DNA from: an uncultured Acetatifactor sp.
GTDB lineage: Bacteria > Bacillota > Clostridia > Lachnospirales > Lachnospiraceae
Assembly: GCA_964486095.1 (NCBI GenBank)
Contig: CAZAMX010000001.1
Coordinates: 3,391-67,390 of the forward strand
Reading direction: 5' to 3'
Length of the DNA: 64,000 nt
This document shows positions 49,564 through 57,494 of the stretch, piece after piece; positions within the stretch are counted from its first letter, which is position 1, and each line of letters opens with the position of its first letter. A program made the position numbers and the translations under genes. The notes under the pieces were generated by a model, which searched no databases, was not told the origin of the DNA, and saw only the letters and a list, made by a program, of their open reading frames with translations.

Positions 49564-50566
49564 GGTTAAGGCAAAGAAATACACTAATTTCCGGGAGAGA
49601 AACCGGAAGTCCGGCGGCTATCTCTTAAGAAGAACTGTGATGGGTTACGGCGTCAGCATCTGCAGATTTGTTCTGCTCTTCGGTATGTGCTTCCTGATCC
49701 TGCAGCCCATACTGCAAAAAATTTCCGTCAGCTTTATGGCGGAGAGTGATTTGTATGATCCGGTGGTTACATCCATTCCCCTGCATTTTACCACGAGCAA
49801 TTATGAGCTGGCGGCAAAAATCATGAGTTATGGCAAGAGTTTGTTTAACTCCTTTACCATATCTCTTACCATAGCAATTTTGCAGATTGCGGTGTGTACG
49901 CTGGTGGGTTACGGATTTGCCAGATTTAAGTTTCCCTTTAGAAATTTTTGGTTTGCCTGTGTGATCCTGGTGATCCTGATTCCGCCTCAGACCATTTCCA
50001 CGTCCCTGTATCTGAGCTTCCGGTTTTTCGATATATTCGGACTTGTGGAGGCGGCCACGGGAAGCGCTATTAATTTAAGAGGATCGGTTCTTCCTTATTA
50101 TCTGTTAAGCGCCACCTGTATGGGCCTGAAGAACGGACTTTATATTTACATGATCAGGCAGTTCTTCAGAAACATACCCAAAGAGCTGGAAGAGGCGGCC
50201 TATGTGGACGGCTGCGGCACGCTGAAGACCTTTTTCCGCATCATGCTGCCGGATGCAAAGCCGATTATTACTTCCTGTTTCCTGTTTGCATTTGTGTGGC
50301 AGTGGACGGACAGCTTTTATTCCAATATGTTCCTGGGGTCAACCAAGCTGCTGAGCACCGAGCTGTACAGGGTGGTGGATAACCTGGGTGTGTACATTAA
50401 CAGGGAACTTGGCAACGCAGGAGGTCAGGGCATGGCCTCCATGGCATATTCCAACTGCATTCTGTCCACGGGCGTGCTGATGATTATATTACCGCTCATT
50501 ATCCTGTATCTCTTTGCCCAGAAGGGCTTTGTGGAGAGCTTGAGCAGCTCCGGAATCAAGATGTAA
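49556..50566 (+). CDS. Carbohydrate ABC transporter permease (MalG-like)
   Basis: GYGFARFKFP, IPKELEEAAYVDG..IMLP, QKGFVESL. Confidence 0.92.
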   Translation: MSKVKAKKYTNFRERNRKSGGYLLRRTVMGYGVSICRFVLLFGMCFLILQPILQKISVSFMAESDLYDPVVTSIPLHFTTSNYELAAKIMSYGKSLFNSFTISLTIAILQIAVCTLVGYGFARFKFPFRNFWFACVILVILIPPQTISTSLYLSFRFFDIFGLVEAATGSAINLRGSVLPYYLLSATCMGLKNGLYIYMIRQFFRNIPKELEEAAYVDGCGTLKTFFRIMLPDAKPIITSCFLFAFVWQWTDSFYSNMFLGSTKLLSTELYRVVDNLGVYINRELGNAGGQGMASMAYSNCILSTGVLMIILPLIILYLFAQKGFVESLSSSGIKM

Positions 50567-50676
50567 TAATTTTTGATATATCTCCTTGTTCCGAAGGAGG
50601 GCATACCGGAAAGATGCTCTCGGGGAGGATGAAAAGGATATATATAAATCATGTTCAATGTTTAAAGGAGGAAAAA

Positions 50677-52188
50677 ATGAAAAGAAAAATTTTCAAGAAA
50701 CTGATGGCAGCCTCTCTGGCGGCAGCTATGGCAGTCAGCATGGCAGGCTGCGGCAACGGCGACAACCCGGCTTCCGGCAGCGGCAGCTCGGAGGAGAGCA
50801 AGCCTTCCGACTCTGCACAGCCTTCCGATGACGGCAGCAGCTCGGAAGCTGATAACACCGGCAGCGATGAGGAATCTCAGCCGGAAGAGGGCGTAGACAA
50901 GTACACCGTTTTGACAGACGAGAACGGCAACCCTTATGATCTGGGCGGCATGGAGATCAAAATCTGGTCCTGGTTCGGCGATGACCCCAGCGATGATGAG
51001 TACGGCGAGGCACGCACCGAGTGGCGCGAGTGGATCCAGGAGACCTATAACTTCACCATGTCCCAGGAGACTCTGGGCGGCTGGGGTGACTGCCCTCAGT
51101 CCTTTGTGGACTATGTTACCACCGGCGGTGATGACAACAACTACATTTTCATCGGTCACAGCGGAGCAGAGATGATTGCTGCCATGAAGCAGGGCCTGAT
51201 GTATGATGTGGGAAGCCTTGACTGTCTGGATTTCTCCGAGAGAAAGTTCCAGCTCAACGGTCAGTGTAATCTGTTCTCCAAGGGGGATGCGGTTTATGCT
51301 TTCCTCACCGGTTATCCTGAGCCCAGATCAGGTATGTACGTCAATAAGAGACTGCTGGAGCAGACCACGGGTATGACGGCTGACGATCTTTATGATATGC
51401 AGAAGGAAAACAAGTGGAACTGGGAGTCCTGGGAAGAGATTATGAAGCAGATCAATGCCAACGGCGACGTGGACAACGACGGCGTGCAGGATATTTATCC
51501 TTTCGCTGCCAACACCGGCGCTTTTGTCAGCTCTGCAGTATATTCCAACGGCAGCTCCTTCTTCGGTATGGAGGACGGCAAGTATGTCTGCAAGCTGGAG
51601 GATTCCAAGACTCTCGAAGCATTGCAGTGGGCTTCCGATATGCTGGGCAGCTATCTCTATCCTCAGCCCGAAGGCGCAGAGTGGGATTACTTTATAGCCG
51701 GTTTCAGAGATGAGACTAAGTTTGTATTCCTGCCTGAAGATGCTTATAACATGCAGCCGAACGGAAACCTGAATACGATGGAGGATGATTTTGCCTTCCT
51801 GATGTTCCCTTACGGCCCTGGCGCAGGTGAGTATGTAAACGCTTATACCGACAATGTGTGGGCACTTCCCGGCTGCTATGATGCTGACAGAGCATGGAAG
51901 ATCATGTTTGCTTACAACCTTTGGACGGAAGAGATTCCCGGCTTTGAGGATTACAATCCCATGCTGAGCGGCTACTATAACGGTGCACGCGACATCAGAA
52001 CCGTGGAAGAGACTCTGTCCAGAATGATGAGCGAAGGTGCAACAGTGAAGTACGAAGACTTCATTCCTGACATTGACATGGGTAATGACCTGCTTTGGAA
52101 GGTGAACTTCGGCGGCGCAGATATTGCGGCTGCAGTTGAAGCATGTAAGACCAAGTGGTATACTGCTGTAGACGAAGCAAATAAGTAA
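50677..52188 (+). CDS. Carbohydrate ABC solute-binding lipoprotein
   Basis: Lipobox MAGC, S/D/E-rich linker, YDLGGMEI, WNWE, DVDNDG (DxDxDG-like) loop, FPYGP; AAGGAGG RBS. Confidence 0.88.
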   Translation: MKRKIFKKLMAASLAAAMAVSMAGCGNGDNPASGSGSSEESKPSDSAQPSDDGSSSEADNTGSDEESQPEEGVDKYTVLTDENGNPYDLGGMEIKIWSWFGDDPSDDEYGEARTEWREWIQETYNFTMSQETLGGWGDCPQSFVDYVTTGGDDNNYIFIGHSGAEMIAAMKQGLMYDVGSLDCLDFSERKFQLNGQCNLFSKGDAVYAFLTGYPEPRSGMYVNKRLLEQTTGMTADDLYDMQKENKWNWESWEEIMKQINANGDVDNDGVQDIYPFAANTGAFVSSAVYSNGSSFFGMEDGKYVCKLEDSKTLEALQWASDMLGSYLYPQPEGAEWDYFIAGFRDETKFVFLPEDAYNMQPNGNLNTMEDDFAFLMFPYGPGAGEYVNAYTDNVWALPGCYDADRAWKIMFAYNLWTEEIPGFEDYNPMLSGYYNGARDIRTVEETLSRMMSEGATVKYEDFIPDIDMGNDLLWKVNFGGADIAAAVEACKTKWYTAVDEANK

Positions 52189-52200
52189 TTTAATGTTATG

Positions 52201-52232
52201 AAGGGTGGTGTTTCCGGGCGCCACCCTTTTTT
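52201..52232 (+). terminator. Intrinsic terminator of the uptake operon
   Basis: AAGGGTGGTG...CGCCACCCTTTTTT. Confidence 0.8.
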
Positions 52233-52283
52233 AGACAAAAAATCCGGCCAAGGAGAAAAGTAAGTGGAAGGGAGAAGGTAATC

Positions 52284-53243
52284 ATGGAGGTGAATTTTCA
52301 TCTGCCGGGACTACGGCAGAATTTTCCGTTAAATATGCTGTTTGTTAATTTCTTGGAGACAAAGCCTGAGTTTTTCAGGGAGGGCGTTAAGATTGCTTCC
52401 TTTTTCGGAGAGTTTCCCACCTCTCTCTGGAACGGAGGAAGGGTCTCCAACTATGATCAGTGCGATGGGGCTTTTGTAAAAAATGTGATCAAGGCAGTGA
52501 ATGACAAGGGGATTCCCATTCGTTATACCTACACGAATATGCTGTTGAATGAGGAAGACTTGCAGGATCCCTATTGTAATTTTTGTATGCGTGCGGCGGA
52601 TAACGGAAAGAACGAGGTCATGATCTTCTCGCCGCTTTTGGAAAAATATATTCGCGAAAATTATCCGAGCTATAAGCTGAACAGCTCTACCTGTAAGGAG
52701 ATCAGGGATATAGATCTTGTCAATGAGGAGCTGGAAAAGGATTATCATATGGTAGTGCTGGATTATAATTTTAACGGCAGGTTTGAAGAATTGGCAAAGA
52801 TCCGGGACAGGGGCCGGTGCGAGATTCTGGTAAATACCTTATGTTCGCCGGCCTGTCCCAGAAGAGGGAAGCACTACGAAAATATTGCCAAAAACCAGCG
52901 GATTCTGTTGAAGAACCGCAGGATGCCGCCGGACAAGCAGATTCCCCTGGATTCCTGGCATTGCGAGTATGGTCAGTACAATACGATCTATGACATTCAG
53001 GACTATTGCACCTATATTTCGCCTGATGAGATATGGGAGAAATATGTTCCCATGGGATTTGTTAACTTCAAGCTGGAGGGGCGCACAGGCAATCCCTTTA
53101 ATCTGGTGGAGACTTACTGCCACTACATGATAAAGCCTGAGCATCAGGGGAAGGCAAGACTTTTGCTCTTAAACAGTCTTGCGGCAAACAAGGTGATTAC
53201 ATGGAATTATATGAAACCGAAAAAATGGATACCGGAGGATTGA
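52284..53243 (+). CDS. Hypothetical Cys-rich protein, peptidase U32-like fold (paralog 1)
   Basis: HLPG, WNGGR, YTN, YCN, SST.K, VLDY..N, EILVN..C...CPRR..HY, C, GF..FKLEGR. Confidence 0.6.
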   Translation: MEVNFHLPGLRQNFPLNMLFVNFLETKPEFFREGVKIASFFGEFPTSLWNGGRVSNYDQCDGAFVKNVIKAVNDKGIPIRYTYTNMLLNEEDLQDPYCNFCMRAADNGKNEVMIFSPLLEKYIRENYPSYKLNSSTCKEIRDIDLVNEELEKDYHMVVLDYNFNGRFEELAKIRDRGRCEILVNTLCSPACPRRGKHYENIAKNQRILLKNRRMPPDKQIPLDSWHCEYGQYNTIYDIQDYCTYISPDEIWEKYVPMGFVNFKLEGRTGNPFNLVETYCHYMIKPEHQGKARLLLLNSLAANKVITWNYMKPKKWIPED

Positions 53244-53244
53244 T

Positions 53245-54156
53245 ATGGCGAAGGATGTGTATTGGCATCTGCCGGGACTGTGTTCACTCAGATTGCTGAA
53301 TCAGATTATGATGAATCTGATGAAGGATTATCCGGAAAGCTTCCGGGAGGGCTATAAAATCGGCTCTGTATACGGCACGTTTCCCGGCGCTGCCTGGAAC
53401 GGGGGCAGAGCGGTGCTGGGGAAGGCCGGGAAACAGGATATAGAAGCAATCTTAAAGATATATAACAGCAGGGGGATTCCGGCCCGTTTTACCTGGACCA
53501 ATGCCCTGCTGGAGGAAAAGCATCTGCAGGATCCGTATTGCAATTTGATTATGGAGCTGGCGGATAACGGGCTCAATCAGGTACTGGTGAATACTCCCGT
53601 TTTGGAAGAGTATATCCGTGAGAAATATCCGGCCTACAGACTGATTTCGTCCACCACCAAGAGGATTACCGGCGTAGAGGGGCTTTTGCAGGAACTGGAA
53701 AAAGATTATTATCTGGTAGTCCTGGACTATGATTTAAATCATGACAGACAGGCGCTGGAGGCTGTCGAAGATCAGGCCGGCCGGGTGGAAATCCTGGTGA
53801 ATGAGGTATGTTTTCCGGGCTGTCCCAAGCGTGCCGAGCATTATCGTCATCAGTCGCTGGTACAACTGGGGGGGGCGGTTTCCAACAAAGAATTTCCCTG
53901 CCCTAATCATACCAGGGAGAAAAATTTTGACGAGTGCAGCAAGCGTCCGGCATTTATTTCCAACGAGGAAATCGGAAGCTATGTGGACAGGGGGTTTGTG
54001 AATTTCAAAATTATGGGCAGAGGAATGCCTGTCAGGTTTGTGGCGGATTCTTACCTGTATTATCTTGTGAAGGATGAGTGCCGGGATTTTATCCGGGAAA
54101 AGACGGAGGGACTCCTTTCCCGTTTTGCGCAGGCGGCAGGCGGCAGGCGGCGGTGA
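53245..54156 (+). CDS. Hypothetical Cys-rich protein, peptidase U32-like fold (paralog 2)
   Basis: Same motif series: HLPG, WNGGR, WTN, YCN, SSTTK, VLDY, EILVNEVCFPGCPKR..HY, C, GF..FKIMGR; starts 1 nt after paralog 1. Confidence 0.6.
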   Translation: MAKDVYWHLPGLCSLRLLNQIMMNLMKDYPESFREGYKIGSVYGTFPGAAWNGGRAVLGKAGKQDIEAILKIYNSRGIPARFTWTNALLEEKHLQDPYCNLIMELADNGLNQVLVNTPVLEEYIREKYPAYRLISSTTKRITGVEGLLQELEKDYYLVVLDYDLNHDRQALEAVEDQAGRVEILVNEVCFPGCPKRAEHYRHQSLVQLGGAVSNKEFPCPNHTREKNFDECSKRPAFISNEEIGSYVDRGFVNFKIMGRGMPVRFVADSYLYYLVKDECRDFIREKTEGLLSRFAQAAGGRRR

Positions 54157-54160
54157 ACAT

Positions 54161-54223
54161 AGCAATATATGCACAAAGGAACACAAGGACTGGGAAGAAG
54201 GGGCGGCCCCGGAAGACTATAAT
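54161..54223 (+). promoter_or_regulatory. Putative activator-dependent promoter of the MacAB-like operon
   Basis: AGCAA 54161, CACAA 54182, TATAAT 54218 (57 and 36 bp spacing); no sigmaA -35. Confidence 0.55.
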
Positions 54224-54258
54224 AAATAATTGACAGATGAAAATCGGGAGGTGCTTAG

Positions 54259-55356
54259 ATGGGGAAATACAGGATGGCGGCAGGAATCAGAGTGCTCTGC
54301 GTCTGCAGTGCGGCCGCAGCCCTGCTTTGCGGCTGTGAGCAGCAGGCTCCGGAGGAGGACCCGCTTATTGTTGTGGAGGGTTCTGACGATACGCTTTCCA
54401 ACGATTATGTGATAGCCGGAATCGGGGACGTGGTTCTGACCGGAGAGATGCGCTGTACATACCGCCAGCAGAAGGATCAGGAGATCAGCTTTGCCCTGAC
54501 GGGACGCCTGGTGGATCAGGTGTATGTGGAGGAAGGAGATACCGTGAAAAAGGGGGATCTTTTGGCGGAGCTTTCCGCAGGGAACCTGGAGCGGCAGATC
54601 GAAGATCTGGAATATCGCATCAGCAGAAACGAGATTCTTCTTGAGCATATGGAAACAAATGAGGCGTTGGAAATTTCCCAGACCTGGGTAAATCATCTTT
54701 ATAACGGATTTTACGACGAGGAAGGACGGGACAAGGCCATTGCTTCCGTTCAGCAAGGTTACCGTTACCAAAAGGAGGATACGGAGGATGCGCTGGAGAT
54801 GGACCGGCGCCAGCTGGAGGAATTAAAGCTGGAGCTTTCAAACTGTCGCGTCTATGCCGGGATGAGCGGAATTATCTATAAGCTGAAGGAGCATCTGGTG
54901 GATTCTACCTCCAAAGAGGGAGAAACGATTATGACCATCATGGATAACTCCCACTGCCTGTTTGAGACGGAAAAGCCGGAGTATAACGATTTTTTTAAAG
55001 AGGGGGAGACTGTCGCCATGTCTGTCATCAGCGGAAGCGCTGCGGGCCAGTATGAGCTTCTGCCCTATGAAATGGAAAAATGGGGGGAGATTCAGCAATT
55101 TCAGGTATATGACGGGCCTATGACTACCGGTATCGAGGTGGGCACCAGCGGTACCATTGAGTTTGAGCTGGACCGGAGAGAGCAGGTACTGTGTATCCCC
55201 AAAGGTCTGGTGAACACGGCGGACGACAGGTCATATGTCTATGTGACGGACGAGGATGGCATGAGACAGATCAGATGGGTGGAAACGGGCCTGTCAGGTG
55301 ACAGTATGGTGGAGATTGTAAGCGGTCTGGAAGAGGGGGAAAGGGTGATTCGGTGA
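54259..55356 (+). CDS. Membrane-fusion (HlyD/MacA-like adaptor) lipoprotein
   Basis: Lipobox LCGC; GRLV..VYVEEGDTVKKGDLLAEL, coiled coil, AGMSG, VLCIP, VETGL..VEIVSGLEEGE. Confidence 0.88.
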   Translation: MGKYRMAAGIRVLCVCSAAAALLCGCEQQAPEEDPLIVVEGSDDTLSNDYVIAGIGDVVLTGEMRCTYRQQKDQEISFALTGRLVDQVYVEEGDTVKKGDLLAELSAGNLERQIEDLEYRISRNEILLEHMETNEALEISQTWVNHLYNGFYDEEGRDKAIASVQQGYRYQKEDTEDALEMDRRQLEELKLELSNCRVYAGMSGIIYKLKEHLVDSTSKEGETIMTIMDNSHCLFETEKPEYNDFFKEGETVAMSVISGSAAGQYELLPYEMEKWGEIQQFQVYDGPMTTGIEVGTSGTIEFELDRREQVLCIPKGLVNTADDRSYVYVTDEDGMRQIRWVETGLSGDSMVEIVSGLEEGERVIR

Positions 55357-57494
55357 TGAGAAGGACAGCATATGGAAAGGCGCGTGGAAAAGCTGCTGCG
55401 CTGTTTCTCGCAGCATCTCTTGTGATGTCTGCGGCCGGATGCGGACAGCGCGAAGCCGAGCATCATCTTCCGGAGGAAGTAACGCTGCTGGATCCGGTTG
55501 GCGTGGGAGAAAGCTTTGAAGCGGCGGCACGGAGAAATTTGTATTCAGCCAAGGTATATAACGCTCAGATCTGCCCGTATACGGAGGAATATTCGCTGGA
55601 AAAGCAAATGCGTTTTGACAGCTATGCCGCTCTTCCCGGAGACCAGGTAAGAAAAGGTCAGATGCTGATACGCACCAACCTGGAAGATATGGAAAAGCAG
55701 ATCGAAGAAGCTAAGAAGCGTATGGCCCGGGAGGAAGAGGAATTCCAGGAATATATCAAAGAGACGGAAAAATCCCTGCTGGAGTATCAAGAGAATGAAA
55801 AATTATGGGGAGAGGCAGTGGAAAGATGGGATCAGTGGCAGGAAGGAGAGCCGGAGCTGTACCCGTCTGAATTTGAGTGTGAGAGAAACTACAGAAACGC
55901 ATTAATTGCCAGGCAGAAGCTGGAAGAGCAGCTGCGGCAGCGGAAAGAGCTTTACGAGCTGGATTCCCGGTATAATCAGCTTTTGCTGCAAAGGATGTAT
56001 GAGGACAAGGACAGCAGTACCGTGCTTTCCCGGCAAAAGGGTGAAGTGGCCAATATCCGCTTTATGAATTATAATGAGGATATGTATCCGGATAACCCTA
56101 TGGTGGCGGTGATAAATCCGGACAAGCGGGTTTTGAAGTGCGAATATATTAATAAGACACAAATTTCCGGTGCCAAAGAGGTGTATGCCATTATCGGCGG
56201 AAACCGTTATGAGGTGGAATACCAGCCCATGGAGAGCGGAGAGTATGCGCGCCTGGAAGAGAGGGACGGTAAGGTATACTCTACCTTTTATCTTCCTAAG
56301 GAGGCAGAAGACATACCTCTCGGCAGCTATGCCGTGCTGGTAATCATCAGCCGGGTGGGGGAAAATGTGCTGTCCGTGCCCAAGGATGCCGTGTTTAAGG
56401 AAGAGGACGGTTATGGCGTTTATGTGGTGAAAAACGGAGAGCGTGTCTACACTCCGGTAGTCACCGGTATGCAGGACGGCGTTTATGTGGAGATCCTTTC
56501 CGGTTTGGAAGAGGGAGACAAGGTCCTGACGGAAAAGAACGAGAAAAAGGCGGATAAGACCGTGATTCTTGAGCGCGGCAGTGTCAGCCATGAATTCTCC
56601 CAGACGGGAGAATTAGTATATCCCACCCAGGAGTGGATTACCTGTCCGAACCTGTACGGTACCGCATATTTTGAGGGTTTGGCGGTGAACCTGTTCCAGC
56701 CGGTGAAAAAGGGGGATGTGCTTTTTAAAATCCGCGTGAAGGCGGACGAGGTGGAGCTGGAACGGAAGGAAAGAGAGCTTTTGCGAATGCGGGAGCGGAT
56801 GGCCGAGCTGCAGAAGGAGCCGAAGGAAAACGAGAAGGCCATCGAGCAGGGAATGGAGAGTATGGCCGAGCTGGAGAAGCAGTTGGCCGAGATGAAGGAA
56901 GACTACGCGCAGACATCGGTCAAGGCGCCTTACGACGGGATTATCACAGACCTCTCCTGGAGTATTTGGACCCAGAGTCTGGGGGAAGGAGACTTGCTCT
57001 ATCCGGGGCAGGCGGTGATCATGCTGGCAAAGCGGGACTGTAATTATGTGATGGTGGAGGATCCTAATGGGCTTTTAAGCTATGGCAATGAAGCGGAAAT
57101 AGAGTATAAGGACCTGGACGGCAGGACCCAGAACGCAGCGGGACAGGTAGTGACTTTAGGGCCGAACTGCATCAGCGCCAGTCTGTTCGGAGAGGGAGAG
57201 GCGCTGATCAAAGTGCCGGCGGAGGACCTGGAAAATATGGCGATCACCACCATAAGCGGCGACGGCTGGTGGAGTCTGAACACCTTTAACGTTACGGTGA
57301 CCACCAGACAGATGGATAATGTGGTGCTTGTGCCGAAAAAGGCGGTTACTGCCTATGGCGGCGCTACTTATGTAAGACAGAAGCTTGAGGACGGTTCGAT
57401 TATTTATCAGAGCTTCGTGGCAGGAGGCTCAGATGATAAGAATTATTGGGTGGCTGAGGGCCTGACGGAAGGAATGGAAATATGTATAGAATAA
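55353..57494 (+). CDS. Tandem (double) membrane-fusion adaptor lipoprotein
   Basis: Lipobox AAGC; two MFP units (PGDQVRKGQ...VEILSGLEEGD and FQPVKKGD...KAPYDG...VAEGLTEG). Confidence 0.82.
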   Translation: MMRRTAYGKARGKAAALFLAASLVMSAAGCGQREAEHHLPEEVTLLDPVGVGESFEAAARRNLYSAKVYNAQICPYTEEYSLEKQMRFDSYAALPGDQVRKGQMLIRTNLEDMEKQIEEAKKRMAREEEEFQEYIKETEKSLLEYQENEKLWGEAVERWDQWQEGEPELYPSEFECERNYRNALIARQKLEEQLRQRKELYELDSRYNQLLLQRMYEDKDSSTVLSRQKGEVANIRFMNYNEDMYPDNPMVAVINPDKRVLKCEYINKTQISGAKEVYAIIGGNRYEVEYQPMESGEYARLEERDGKVYSTFYLPKEAEDIPLGSYAVLVIISRVGENVLSVPKDAVFKEEDGYGVYVVKNGERVYTPVVTGMQDGVYVEILSGLEEGDKVLTEKNEKKADKTVILERGSVSHEFSQTGELVYPTQEWITCPNLYGTAYFEGLAVNLFQPVKKGDVLFKIRVKADEVELERKERELLRMRERMAELQKEPKENEKAIEQGMESMAELEKQLAEMKEDYAQTSVKAPYDGIITDLSWSIWTQSLGEGDLLYPGQAVIMLAKRDCNYVMVEDPNGLLSYGNEAEIEYKDLDGRTQNAAGQVVTLGPNCISASLFGEGEALIKVPAEDLENMAITTISGDGWWSLNTFNVTVTTRQMDNVVLVPKKAVTAYGGATYVRQKLEDGSIIYQSFVAGGSDDKNYWVAEGLTEGMEICIE

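Noticed and set aside
53868-53875. G8 tract inside the second U32-like gene as a phase-variation site
   Set aside because: In frame (Leu-Gly-Gly-Ala); an occasional G8 is expected by chance on this G-rich coding strand.
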